A stretch of DNA of 64,000 bases, from the NCBI GenBank assembly GCA_964016885.1, contig OZ024758.1, positions 17,918,001 to 17,982,000 of the forward strand, given 5' to 3'. The position numbers were made by a program, and so were the translations under genes. This DNA is from Eledone cirrhosa (Eukaryota). Positions 46,877-60,526 of the stretch are shown in pieces (positions within the stretch are counted from its first letter, which is position 1; every line of letters starts with the position of its first letter). The notes under the pieces were generated by a model. It was not told the origin of the DNA, did not search any database, and worked only from the letters and a program-made list of their open reading frames with translations.

Positions 46877-47265
46877 TCGATTCTTCCTCTATATTTCTTC
46901 CTCCAATTTCCTCTCCCTCCCTTTCTATCGTTCTGATGTCCTTAGGCCTGTAGAGGGATGGGTTCAGCGAGCTTTGGAATGCGCAAGAAACATTGTATGT
47001 CAACACGGCACCAAATATGACTCTATCAGGAGTTACACGAGTATACATATATAAATACACAGTCTAGTACTGGATTCGATTCTTCACCTATATTCCCTCC
47101 TCATTTCCTCTCTCTCACTTTCTATCTTTCTCTGGAAGAAATCTGGTGTACTCAAGCCTGGTGAAGGATGGGTTTGCCCAGGCTTAAAATGCCCAAGAAA
47201 CGCCGTATGTAAATACGGTGTCGCTATGACTCCATCAGGAGTTACGGGACCATACATGCATACAT
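46877..47265 (+). repeat. Diverged ~190-bp tandem duplication
   Basis: tcgattcttc...atgactc.atcaggagttac occurs twice. Confidence 0.7.
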
Positions 47266-47843
47266 ATATACATACATATCACAAATAAGTGTTGTTTCTA
47301 TACATCTTTAACTTTAATCAGCCTTGAATTTGAGGCTCAATTTCTTGCAGTTGGATATTCACAGCTTCAAATTTCTACATGCTTATTTCGTAGCTTTTCA
47401 TGTATAATTGTTAAACTCTTTCACCGTTGTTTTCCTTTGCATAACCTTAATACATATTTGCATCACGTAAATCAGCGATGTTGTAGAGGAAAAGTATGTG
47501 TTAAACGAATGAGAGAAATTCCCCATCAATGTCATCTGCAACGTGACTAGAAGGTTATATGAGAATAGGTGATTGAAAAAATTGGTGTAGACTTGAGGTG
47601 GAACATACTTAGTATTTGAAATATTATTTTCTCAAAACCTTACCTGCAATAATTTCTTATGTTACACTTTTAAATACATATACAATTTAAATAATTTAAA
47701 AAACGAAAGGTTCTCGCAGTGGCATTAACACATTTATATATCTTGAAATATGTGTTTTCTTTCTCTCTTACCGAAAAATGATTTTACCGAAATATGTTTT
47801 CTTTTTTTGCCAAAGCAACTATAATATCGGCATTATCAATGTA

Positions 47844-48530
47844 ATTGGCAGTATCGGTAGAGGGTCGGACGCCATGCTTTGACGCATAGAGTTACGTCCC
47901 ATGGCATTCTGAGTTCAAATCCTGCCGAGGTTAACTTTGCCTTTCATCCTTACGGGGTCGATAAAATAAAGTACCAGTAATACACTGGGAAATTGCTGGC
48001 CTTGTGCCAAAAGTAGAAACAATTATCAATGCATAGAACTTTTGTATTTTTCACCAAACATTCAGATCCTATTAATAATTAGATAACATTTAAAGGAGGT
48101 TAGCTTTGCCTTTCATTCTTACGGGATGGATAAAATAAAGTACCAGTAATGCACAGGGGTTGATTTAATCGACTTTACTCTTCTCCTAAATTGATGGCCT
48201 TGTGCCTAAATCAGAAACCATTATATTTTGAGGGTGGATTGACAGTATCGGCAGCGCGCCGAACAACATGTCTTGCAGCATAGAGTCATGGTCCTACGTT
48301 CTGAGTTCAGAATAATGCACCAGTAATGCATTGGGGCAATTGCTGGCTTTGTGCCAAAAGTAGAAAAATTTATTATTTTTATTATTATTAAAGGTACGGT
48401 CCCTTGCAGTCTCAGTTCAAATCCCGCCGAGGTTAACTTTGCCTTTCATCCATATGAGGTCGATAAAATAAAGTACCTGTAATGCACTCGGATAATTGCT
48501 GGCCTTGTGCGAAAAGTAGAAACAATTATT
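47844..48530 (+). mobile_element. Four tandem SINE copies or fragments
   Basis: 47844-48026, 48096-48222, 48230-48375 and 48395-48530 match the SINE consensus. Confidence 0.8.
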
Positions 48531-49024
48531 GTTAGTATTAATGTTATTAGGCAGCAGGTAATTAGAATACGTATTTTTCAATATATATTATGATCAAACA
48601 ATTTGATAGATGTTGCATATTAACGATATAGTAATATAGAGGTGTTACCATTCTAATTTAATTCAAAATTTAACGACTAAATATTTTCATGGCAGAAATG
48701 AACGAGGCATGAATGTTACCATGGAGATTGTATAATTTATTTTAAACCGATTATGAAACAGTTTCATGGTGCACAGTAATAAATGCTACATAGACAAGTC
48801 TAAGTATATAAATGAATTTATGAAGGTGATTGTGTGCATAAGCGAATTATAGAGTAGAGTTCATAAAATAGAACAATGCCACAATTATGAAAATAAATGT
48901 ATTCTGTGTTACATACTGAAATATTATAATCTAATGTTTGATATTTGTTATTTAATGCTAAATATCTGGTGGCGGTTTCAGATTATATGAAGGCTATGGG
49001 CTTACCCCATTGCGTAAAGACATA

Positions 49025-49348
49025 TTTGGTCATGAATGACCATCGGATTTGCACCTAGAACGTTCCTCTCCGATGCACAAGTCCGGACAAGATTGTTTGT
49101 GGAAGATCAGTAGTCACCTATGTATATCAGTTACCCCTCTCGACGCCACCAATGTTGTCAAAGGGAAAGGCTATGGGCGTTACAACTTGGCACCAGTGAC
49201 GTCGCAACTCATTTCTACAGCTGAGTGAACAGGAACAACGTGAAAATAAAATGTCTTGCTCAAGGACACAACGCATCAACCGGTTCGAGAATCGAACTGA
49301 CAAACTTCCGATTTCAAACCTAATGTTCTAACCACGAAGCCATGCCTT
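49025..49348 (-). mobile_element. Second tRNA-derived SINE family (V/Meta-type central motif)
   Basis: Minus-strand head ggcatggcttcgtggttagaac, B-box agttcgattctc, then tgtgtccttgagcaagaca and cactcagctgtagaaatgag. Confidence 0.7.
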
Positions 49349-49966
49349 TACTGGGTTTAACTTATTATACTTATGTTAATTGATATTTTGGAAATCAATC
49401 GTTAAGTAAGTTTGCGGGGATGTGTACTGAAAATAGATATCCATGTAGATAAGATACACTAGTCAATATTGCCCATAGATTCGAATGGTGGAGACTCGTA
49501 CATCTACAGCTATACGTAAATCAAGAAAAGCAATAATGAAACTCTGATGTCCGTATATAATGCAGCATTTGCATCTCTCGTTATCGATACACGGCTGTCA
49601 ATTAACCTCATACATTGGTTTGGGAGAAATTTAGAAGGCAATGTTAATATGCTTCCACCTCAATGTAATATCTCTAGCATATTTAATGTAACATTATCAG
49701 GTTTGGTGTTCAATGATATTACCTCCACCAGTTTTAACCTCGAGCGTATGTGGAATTTGAACGTTACACCGATATCAGCTAAGTTGAGATAAAACCTCGG
49801 CTGCTTAATAGCAACTCTATACAAGATACTATTTTTTTCCTCAGTTTAATATCATAAATAAAGAAATGCACCAGTAAACCGATGTTACAGTTCCTCGAAT
49901 AATATTCTATTATGCCTTCGTATCAACAGCAACATTGCAAGGAGAAGAAATTAGTTATTTTCTTAA

Positions 49967-50185
49967 CCCTTTAACATTTAAACTGGTTGTAATCAGCCAG
50001 AATTCTCTCATCTCTTTCTGTTCAAACTGGCTGTAACCGACTACTCATGCTGATATTAAGTTATGTTTCTCAAAATAAATAATATCAAAATGTCATAGAT
50101 TTGATATTATATGAGATATTATGTGAGATAAGTGTTTGCCGTGGAAATACAATAATAAATATTGAGTAATGTCAATGCTAAAGGG
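49967..50185. mobile_element. piggyBac-type MITE
   Basis: TTAA|ccctttaacatt ... aatgctaaaggg|TTAA. Confidence 0.75.
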
Positions 50186-50703
50186 TTAAATGATATACAA
50201 TATTTGACGAAACTTCTTGACTCATATAATTTGTGTTCAGTTTGTTATGACGGAGAAATGATATTACGCGTGGCACTTTTATAAAATAACTAGATCTAAT
50301 CATAGTCTGACAAATTCAAATGTATTGATCATTGAGTTACAATGTAAGAAAATAAACTGTGATCAATCCATAACTGTTTTATATATATTTAATAATCTGC
50401 TTTACAAATATTGAATAACCTGATAATAAAGCAAAATGTAATAGTGCCCTATATATTTCTATATATATCCTGATCTAAAAGAAATAAACTTAGATATATA
50501 ATATACATACATTTTACGAAAGCAAAATCACTGACATATGCCAATATTTTTTTTTATATGCTTATTTCAATTTTGAGTTATGAATTTATATATTTTCATA
50601 ACATTGTTTCACCGTTAAGAATTTGGATTATGTCTTTCTTCTTGCGTATATTGTAAACATTTATTACTTTAATTCATTGATGATAGTGGTTGATGCTATA
50701 GAA

Positions 50704-50997
50704 CAGGCATGGTAAACTTTTTCGAGAAGCTGGCCGCATGAGATTTGGCTCATCATCAGGCGGGCCACAAGCGCTAATTTGCATTCGTGCCTGCATTACA
50801 AAAAAAAAACAATGGTACCTCAGGTTGTTTTGATTTGTTTCTTCAGAATTCTTCAGATTTGTTTTCCTCAATCGTAAAAGTGACAGAAAGGTAAATGACG
50901 ACTGAAAAGTTTGGGTAAAAATATCAGAATGATTTTACCTAGGTGATTTAGGCGAGCCATTCAGAAAGCTTCGTGGACCAGAGGTTGCCAATGACTG
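50704..50997. mobile_element. hAT-type MITE with 8-bp TSD
   Basis: ctatagaa|caggcatggtaaac ... gttgccaatgactg|ctatagaa. Confidence 0.8.
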
Positions 50998-52565
50998 CTA
51001 TAGAATGATCATACAAAAAAAATATGGTTGGATTTTTCCATTGAATTTTTCCATTGTGAAGAATGGCGTAGATGTGTACGGTTTATGCAATTATCCTTTA
51101 CATATATATCCTCCAAATCATACGTCATAACGTTAGACATGATTCTTCTAACTTCTCCGCAGCAAAAGATATTTTAACAGTACTACTTACTATTAAAACA
51201 AGGAAGCAAAAAACAGCAATCATGAATGGTTAAATATATTGTATACATAAGACAAATGATCACAAATTAAAACAAATATTACAGATATAACGAATCATTA
51301 GGGAGTAGAAATCTACTTACATATCATATCTACGTTTTGGTGTTACATGAGGATTCAGACATTATAAATAATTTCAGGGAGGGTCATTACCTACATAAAA
51401 CATTTGATACACTATGGTATTAAAGTAAGATGCATTTGCACAAAACTACTTAACTGCTGTCTGAGCCATGAAAGAAACGAAGTAAGATTTCCTCATACAA
51501 AGCAAAACAATTATTTCTCTGTGGTATTCCAATAACATTAAAATATACTGTCATGATGTTATTTGACATCCAAAGACTCCCCACAGATAAAAATGAAAAA
51601 ACACTTGATATATGATTCACAAAATATCACTTTAGAAAAAGATAATAAAACTCCTCGAAATCATAGATTTATTTAGAAATAGAATTTAACAGTACACTAT
51701 CCAAAATGTGGAGTTGTTTGTATCTGTAAGCAATGTAATTGTTGTTGATAGGAGAGAGACTTATATTGTTAACAAAATATAGAGGTAGGTGCAGTCTTTA
51801 GTATTAGTTCATCTGAACACTTTGGGTGAAGTTGTTGATAAGTATGCGATGACAGCAAAGAGAAAAAAACGAACAGCAATGCTCTACATACAATGTCCGT
51901 GATCACAGGTATGTAAATACATTCTTGACAGGTGCAATGTGTCCGAACACGAAAGAGTCGAGCACCCACCGTCAACCTCCCATTTATCTCGCCAAACACC
52001 CATCTCTCTGCATAGTGAGCTAATGGGGTACCACGTGCTAACTCCCCTCCCCCCACAGCCCCGGTGGACAGAATGGAGAAGGCGTTTCCCAGAAGGATGG
52101 TAAGTGGTTTAAAGAAAATAATATTTCAAAATTTATGACCGTTTATTTCATTTGTCGACACACGTCACCTACTATAATTTTTCAGTCTGGAACCATATTT
52201 ATTTCTCACAGATGTATAAATTTCGAAAGCAGATTTTAGCAGTCTTTACCAATGATTGGAAATGTTAAAATGTCTATATACTTTTTATATTTGAAATTTC
52301 AACAAAAAATTGAATAACGTGTCTCATTTCATAAATAATAAATGTCAACTACCATTTGACTAATATCTCATTTCATAAATAATAAATGTACCATACTCGG
52401 AAAGTTGGTCATATAATTAACCCTATTACCCTCAGTTACATTTGTTCTTTTGTTCATTATTAATATAGTTGTCTCGGTGGCCGAGTTGGGGGGGGATCAT
52501 AGACGGTTGTGATCCTGGTCTGAAGTTCGATCCTGGTCGGGAGTAGCGTTCCCGGTAATCCTTTT

Positions 52566-52810
52566 AGGGCGGTGGATTGGCAGTATCGGTAGAGGGTCGG
52601 ACACCATGCTTTGTAGCATAGAGGTACGACCCTTTATGATCTGAGTTCAAATCCCGCCGAGGTTAACTTTGCCTTTCGTCCTTACAGGGCCGATAAAATG
52701 AAGTACCAGTCACGCACTGGGTCGATTTAATCGACTTCCCCCTCCCCCCAAATTGCTGTCTCTGCGCCTATACGAATGTACTAGCCTTGTGCCTATATAA
52801 GAAGCCATTA
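52566..52810 (+). mobile_element. Full-length SINE copy
   Basis: gggcggtggattggcagtatcgg through the tail. Confidence 0.88.
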
Positions 52811-52942
52811 ATATACATAAAATTATGTTTCATTAATCTTATCTTTGTTACATTTCAAATACGTTTATTATTACTCAAATTCAAATAAGTATTTCTCTAC
52901 TACATTACACCAACATACATTGTTTTCAAATTATATCAGTAT

Positions 52943-53148
52943 TATAATGGCACAAGGCCAGCAAATTTGGGGTAGGGGAAAGTCGATTAAATCGACCCCA
53001 GTGTGACTTGTACTTTATCTCAACGACCCCGTAGGGATGAAAAGCAAAGTTAAGCTCGGCGGGATTTGAAGTCAGATCCAAAAGGCCGTTACTGTATGTT
53101 GCAAAGCATAGCGTCCGACCCTCTACAGATACTGCCAACCCACCACCC
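52943..53148 (-). mobile_element. Near full-length SINE copy
   Basis: Reverse complement of the consensus. Confidence 0.85.
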
Positions 53149-54042
53149 TTATATCGGTAATATAATACGAACCTTCAGATTTAAGGTAACGTCATAACCT
53201 TTCATTGAAAAAATATGTTGTTCTGTTAATAGATTTTCGAAGTATAGTTACTCTATTGAAAGACTAATACGATTGTCAAAGCTATTACATTTTTTAGGTA
53301 TAATTTAGCACCGTCTACCTGGCTGACACGTTTCTTCTCGTACATGGCATTTTCAAATGAATTAGATTTAGATATAAGGCTTCTTACTCTAATGTCCATA
53401 ATGCACAAGTTGTTTTCTTTTAATTCTCGCCATACATATGTTATTTTCAATTACACTACTTTTTAGAAAAAAAAAAGAAAATTTCTAAACAGCATACATT
53501 CCCATTACACCCCCCCCCCTTTTGTTCTCCACTGTCCATACCCTCCATAAGTAAGTTCCTTCATCCTCTTTACCTTTCTCTTCGTTTAGTGATTTACTTT
53601 TAGTAGGTATTTTCATCTTCCAGTTTACTTCAACTTTTTCCTGTATGCATATATATTTTTTGTCAAATTAAGTTGTAATATTACAACAAAAGTGTATATC
53701 ATCTAAGGTTTCATTCACGTCAAATGTATGTATAATATACATTTTCTAATTTATACCAATTCCACATAAATTCAATAAGATTGAACCCACAGCCGTTTGT
53801 CACCCCTCGGTATATATTATATATATATATATATATTAGGAATTAGAATTGGTGCTCTGAAATAACGATGTATGTATGAATGTACGTATAGTATATTTGA
53901 TAATATACTGTATGTTTATTTTAAAAACATTTTGAAGACCCTTCGGTATGAGTTTTAAAGTAGTGACTACGTCACTTACATGGTCTTGACGACCGCAAAC
54001 GAGCTAAAGACGGCCGTCGATTGCTTCCCTTTGCAAAGGGAA

Positions 54043-54087
54043 GCAATCGACGGCCGTTTCTCGCCCGTTAGCGGTTGTCAAAATTAC
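54043..54087 (-). ncRNA. Hammerhead motif, U3:A8 variant, overlapping a 48-bp perfect palindrome (54010-54057)
   Basis: gtaatt-TTGACAA-ccgctaacgggcga-GAAA-cggccg-TC-gattgc. A degenerate partner lies on the plus strand at 53981-54024. Confidence 0.65.
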
Positions 54088-54163
54088 AAATCCCTTCGCT
54101 TCTGCCGAAATTTATAGAAGCTGGATTCTTACAAACACACACACACACACATACACACAAATA

Positions 54164-54222
<59 letters not shown>

Positions 54223-54243
54223 GCACACACACACACACACACA

Positions 54244-54321
<78 letters not shown>

Positions 54322-54715
54322 GTGTGTGTGCGTGTGAAGAGTGGAAAACCATAATTGAAGATGAGGTCTAATGAAGATATATATCAGTTTCTTCTCCTGC
54401 GTCTTTGTGGTCTTTCTTTAATTTTTGAGGACAGAGCGAGGTTTAAATATAAAAGTAGAGTGTGGTGTATTGATATTTAGTATGTTTTATGAAGGATGGG
54501 TGAAAGTCTTGTGTATGGGGTTGCAAAATAGATCAATATTAACTACACGACTCTATCTATGGTGGAGGCAGTAACTGAGAAAATATATTATTTAGTCAAT
54601 GAAAATTATCAGGGTTTGTGTTTGGTGTGCTCCACCACACTCTATATTATGTCTCTTCCATTTTGCTTGAACCTGTTTTATAAAATTTACTGTATTTATT
54701 ATTACGTATTTATAA

Positions 54716-54948
54716 AGCGGTGAATTGGCAGTATCGATAGAGGGTCGGGCACCATGCTTTGCAGCACAGATACCCTTTATGATCTGAGTTCAAATCCTGC
54801 CGAGGTTAACTTTGCCTTTCATTCTTACCTTGTCGATAAAATAAAGTACCAGTCACGCACTGCGGTCGATTTAATCGACTTTGCCATCCCCCAAAAGTGC
54901 TGGCCTTGTGCTTATATAAGAAACCATTATTATTATTATTATTATTAT
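54716..54948 (+). mobile_element. SINE copy ending in (ATT)n directly upstream of the LINE
   Basis: Consensus match. Confidence 0.85.
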
Positions 54949-55160
54949 TGACGAAAGTGGATGTACGTTTTTTGAAGCTCCGTGAGTAAGCAATTTTTTG
55001 AGGATTAATTGTAGAGAATTGTTTATTTTTTGTACCGCTGAAGCATTATAAGACATTAATTTGTATCCTGTGAAGGAATAACTCATAATATTTGGGCCTT
55101 TTGGCCCAAATATTTGAACTTTATTTTGAAAAAAAATAATAATTTTTTTCTCAAAAAAAC

Positions 55161-57076
55161 ATGGCGGAGCCACGCCCCCTAGAGGCGGGTCTGCTGTCGT
55201 GCAACGGCGACTTGAGCGTTGAGAGGAGAGGTGAGGCGAGGAGCGCCACCAGCACGAATGTGAGCAGCGACAGTGCCAGCACCAACGGGCCGAGCGGCGC
55301 GGAAGGTGGTAACAGCGACAACACCAACACCAACAAGCCGAACAGCGCAGAAGGTGGTAATAACGAGAGCACCAACAAAACGAACAGCACAGAGAGTAAT
55401 AGTAGCGACAGCAACAGCACCAACAAGGCCAACAGCACAGAGGGTAACCACGACACAGGGGAGAACAACAACAGCAATAGCAGCAGCAACACCAACAAGA
55501 ACAACAACAGTGACAACACCAACAAGAACACTTTCGCTGCTGTGGCAGCGGCTAAAAGGAGACCATGCTACAGCATCGACTTAACCAACAGAGAGGAAAA
55601 GTTGGCCCAGGCCTGGAAAATCATAAATCAAGAGCAGACCTGGGCAAACTTAACTGTCCCGGCAGAAGCCATTGAGGCAGTGGAAAAAAGAACGGTGCAT
55701 TTCAGATGCATCTCAGTAGAGACAAAGAGGGCAGCGATAATCGCCCAAGCTGACATAGAAGCCGCACTGAAATACATCAGAGAGGACACAGACTTCATAG
55801 AGAGGGGCAGGCAATACGGCACCGTTTCGGTGCTGTTCAAGTCTGAAGCCCTCGCTGTGAAGCATTCAATGACCCCTTGCAAAACCAGCAAGGTCATAAT
55901 GTACCCCTCCCACATGGGAAAACGAATAGCACGTGTGCGCATTCCCAGGATTCCACCAGGACTTGATATGTGGTGGCTCCTGGGTTGCGTAATCGTGGAA
56001 GGAACGGATACAGTCCCGGTAGAGGCAACGAGAACTGCCAGGGACGACTGGTCCGGGGTTGATCTGGAGATACTGCTCCAAATCAGACCCGAAAACGTAA
56101 AAACAATCCCGGACCACATCCGCCTCCAAAACGGGAGGGTGTTGCATATAATGACTGAGGGCAAAAGGCCGCATTGTTTCCTTTGTGGGGAAACGACACA
56201 CTTGCGAGCCTTCTGCCCTCAACTGCCGAAAAGCGCAAGGGGTCGAAAGATTCCACTGCTGGCGACGCCGGGACAAGGACCACCAGCAACACCGTCAACA
56301 ATGGAACCACCAAAATTGCACACCCAGGGGGGAAACGAGGAAAGCTCTCCCATTCCCCCTCCCCCCCCAAAAAAAATACACACACGAACAAGAACATAAA
56401 CACTCACTCAGACACAAACACGCTCACAGCCACAGACCCCTCATCCTCCAGCAGTGAAGATGAGGGAAAACCAAAGTCCCCCAAAATACAAAAAACAAAA
56501 CACAAAAAAAAAAGAAATCCACAAAGCACAAACACCCCCACAAAAAAAAATACACACACCACCCACACAAACATTTTCCCCACAGCATCACCAACACAAC
56601 CACCAAAATCCCCCAAACGCAAACAAGCTAAACAGACACAAGAACAAATAGACACACAAACATCAGAAACTACAGACACCCCACCCACAACAAACGCAGA
56701 CACAATAGAAACAACACTAACAAAGCTATCACCACCACAATCACACGAACAAATAAAACCCGAGCAACAAAACATTAAAAACTTCGTGCTTGCCAGAAGG
56801 GCCAACAAGGAATTGATGGCCCATGTAGCACGAAGCACAAACATCGAAAAAGACGGGGAAACATTTGAAGCGAGCACATTTCGCGTACCAGATAATTTGC
56901 TTCTGATGCGAATGTCGCTCGCTTCATACAAAGAAATTCGAAAGAGCTTTCCTCGGGATGTGGGAACCCCGAACGTAAAACCCACGTCAAGACTATTAAA
57001 GGGGTTCCCAAAAGAAACCCCACAAACCATGGAGGTCGAACCACCCGACCTTCACAAGACCCCGGAAGGTAAGTAA
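55161..57076 (+). CDS. LINE ORF1 (gag-like), split by one frameshift, probably near 56370
   Basis: N/S/T-rich N-terminus, TFAAVAA motif, CX2CX4HX4C knuckle CFLCGETTHLRAFC, then a P/T/K-rich tail in the -1 frame ending 30 nt before ORF2. Confidence 0.75.
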
Positions 57077-57105
57077 ACCTTTCCTCTCCCATTCATCCTG
57101 CCAGC

Positions 57106-60100
57106 ATGGCCATAAGAGTAGGAAGTTTAAATGTTCGTGGCCTGGGGTCGCCCTGGAAGCAAGGTCACTTGCTCAACGACCTCAGGTCACTAGGAATGGA
57201 TGTAATTGCCATCAGCGAGACCAGAATTTCCGACACACGCGCACTGGCGCCGATTTTCGACGATTATCAGATCTTTGCATCTGTTAGTCGGCCGGGAATG
57301 GGAGGTGGAGTGGCTGTGCTGTTTAGGAAATGTCTGGATCTCGAGGTAAGGTCAATCTTCCGGGATCCTGACGGAAAGTTGGTGGTCCTGGACGTGAGCA
57401 ATAGCGAAGGTGGTGCCTTTAGACTGGTGGCCGTCTACGCCCCTACTGGGGCCGGTCGGCCGGACTTCTTTAGGCGCCTGGAAAACTTTCTGCTTACGTC
57501 TCGCCCTTTACTGTTAATAGGGGATTGGAATGGCATCTTAGAAGCACGCTGGGATTGTGTGGGAGTATCTGATAGGAGCGGGGGGTGCAAAAGCCTCAAG
57601 TACCTGATCAGCCAGTTTCAACTGTCTGACAGGTACCGACTAGATTTCCCTAATGCGCCAGTATGGACCTGGACCAATCGCATAGGGTCATCTAGATCGT
57701 ACATAGATAGGATTTTCATTAGGAAAAGAGATAGAAATAGTGTAGGATGTCCACATTTTAAAACGGTTGCCTATTCAGATCACAAGCTTGTGATCTGTAT
57801 GGTCGACCTAGATAAGACACGTAGGTTAGGACCTAGCTACTGGAAGCTAAACATGTCGTTTCCGGCACGTAAAGCTTACAGGGACCGGGTCAACAACTTA
57901 GTTAAGCAAAAGTTGACAGGGGGGGTTGTCAACAACAGGTGGTGGGGGGCACTCAAAAGAGAGATTAGAGCAACCTCGATAGGATTTAGCAAAGAAGTAG
58001 CAATAGAGAAAAATAGAAAGGAGGAGGGGCTGATAGCTAAGTTAGACGAGGCTATTTGTAGTGGCATTGCAACAGACGTGCTAGCGGCGAGAATGGCACT
58101 AGACCATTTCTTCAATGCGAAACACGAAGGTTGCATTGTCAGAGCTAAGGCGCGTGCTCTGAGGAACGAGGGAACCAAAGCTGCCCGATGGGCTCGCTTT
58201 GCAGAGACGCAGCGTGGAAATAAAACCACAATTCGGTCTTTGACGGATCGAGATGGACACGAACTGAGCGATTCCAAGCAGATGTGTGAGGCCTTTCGCC
58301 AGCACTTTGCTCGATTGTTCGGGAGGATGGGTGAGTCGGAGACGGCGGCGGACTTCAGTCCCTACCTCGACGGCTTGCCACGCCTCTCGACGGCCGACGC
58401 TGAGCGCTGCGAAGAGCCGATAACATCAGCCGAAATTCAGGACGCCCTTGTCGGCTGCTCGAGTCGCAAGTCACCCGGTTTGGATGGTCTGCCCTACGAG
58501 CTTTACGTAAATATGCCAGACTTGTTCTCCGATCTCCTCGAAGCGCTCTACTGCAACTGGCAGCAGAACGGGAGCATTCCCAGTTCTGTGAGCCGTGGCG
58601 TAGTGACGCTGATAAGGAAAGACGAGAACAAGAGGGACACACTAGATAATTTCAGGCCCATAACCCTGCTCAACACAGAGTTTAAGATTTTGGCCAAGGT
58701 GTTAGCGAAAAGGTTGGCGCTTGTCGTCAAAGATTTGGTTGGGGAGGCGCAAACTTGCGCAATCCCGACCAGGTCCATACACGACAACCTCCACCTCATG
58801 CGATACATCATAGAGAGGGTTGGGTGCAAACCTGGCTTCGGTGGGGCTCTGATCAATTTAGATCAATCGAAAGCATTCGATAGGGTCGACCATCGGTACT
58901 TGGAGGCTGTCCTCGAGGCGGCTGGCTTCGGCCCCGTCTTCAGAAGCTGGATCGCTGCAATGTACAGCGGCATCCGCTCGGTGGTCAAAGTTAATGGCCA
59001 CCTCTCGGAACCGTTTCAGATCTCTCGATCGGTCCGTCAAGGGTGCCCTCTCTCCTCACTTCTGTACGTATTGACTCTTGAGCCTCTACTGCGGAAGCTG
59101 GAGTTGTTGCAGGGCATCCCGCTCGAACCGGGACGTAGAAAGGCTGCGTCCGCTTATGCGGACGACATCACCGTGATGGTGTCGGACACCTCGGAAATCG
59201 AGGTGATCCGCACCCATTTGGAGGAATATGAAAGGTTGACGGGAGCAAAACTTAACCCGGAAAAGTCGGTGGGCTTGCAGCTCGGCACCTGGAGAGGCAA
59301 GTCCATGCCGTCCAACAGCGTCGTTGGGCGCTGGACAGACGGACCGGTAAAGTTGCTCGGGGTTTGGTTCGGACCAGACCTCCAGGTGGATAAGAATTGG
59401 GACGAGGTGACGAGCAGGATAGCCAACCTCACCCAGAAATGGGCTGAGAGAAAGCTATCACTGAAAGGGCGGGCGGAGGTGGCGAACGCGTACATCGCGT
59501 CCGTCATCTACTACCGCCTGACCGTCGTGCCTTGCCCCCGTCCACGCCTCGCCAATTTGGAACGGCTCCTTTTCAAATTTTTGTGGAGGGGACGGGTCCC
59601 CTTTGGTGAGGCGGTCCATCTGCTGCCAGCACCCTCTTCGTGGAGGGCTGGGCATGCCGTGGCTAATGATGCGCAGACATGCGCTGAGGCTGCGACATCT
59701 CCAGATATTTTGCCTAAACGGTGAACAGGTGTGGTCGCCGTTTGTTAGACGGGCCTTTCCGCAGCTCATCTCTTTGACTGAGCTGCAGTCCTGGGTCAAG
59801 AAGAGACCGAGACTGGGCGACTGGCATCTGGAATGTTGCCAGGCGCTCACTGCACTCTGCAAGGTGGGCAATGCGGTCAGTGGAACTTCCACTCAAGATT
59901 TCTATAGAGGATTAGTGGAGGGCAAGTGCGATGACGTACTAGGAGAGGCTCTGGGCGTCAACGAAGTAGAACTGACCAGTATGTTCCGGAGGACTTTCGA
60001 GCCGGGGACGATGGATAACTTCCAGAAATCCCTCGCTTGGCAGTGCTACCGGGGGGCGCTGCCGGTTCGGGATAAACTCTACAGGCACGGAAGTGCTGTC

Positions 60101-60526
60101 AGACGAACCTGCCCGAGATGCGCGCAGAGCGACGAAACCGTTCTGCACGCACTCGTCCAGTGTCCGTGCATTGCTGACTTGTGGGGTTATGTCGAACAGC
60201 TATTGTCGCGTGTAGGACGGATCCGGCTATCGTCCGAGTCCATAGTGAAGATTGACCCGCCGCCTTCTTTTGGTCAGGAAGGGCAGGCAATTTTCCTCTG
60301 CCTGGTGGCAGTAGCGAAAGAGGTTGCATGGTGGACCAGGTTGAAAGGACTGAAGACAGACACTTTTCTCTTCGGCCAATCCCTCATCAACTTCTTCAAG
60401 TTTCACTTGGAAAGGAAGGTGAGGGTGGAGAGAGAAGTGCTGCCCCCCAGTACATTTACTGAAAGGTGGGTGAATGTGGCGAGAATGGCCCGCGTGAGTG
60501 GGCCTACTCTGATCATGCGCCTGTAG
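57106..60526 (+). CDS. LINE ORF2: APE endonuclease + reverse transcriptase + C-terminal zinc finger, one frameshift near 59600
   Basis: SLNVRGL, ISET, VYAP, GDWN, IDRIF, SDH; KSPGLDGLP, FRPITLLN, DQSKAFDRV, VRQGCPLS, AYADD; GGLG, CPRC..ETVLHALVQC. Confidence 0.92.

Noticed and set aside
52470-52550. tRNA-like segment with A/B-box resemblance
   Set aside because: No convincing cloverleaf, so more likely a decayed SINE head.
55151-60329. Antisense and alternate-frame ORFs inside the LINE
   Set aside because: Shadow frames of a GC-richer coding element, with no independent motifs.
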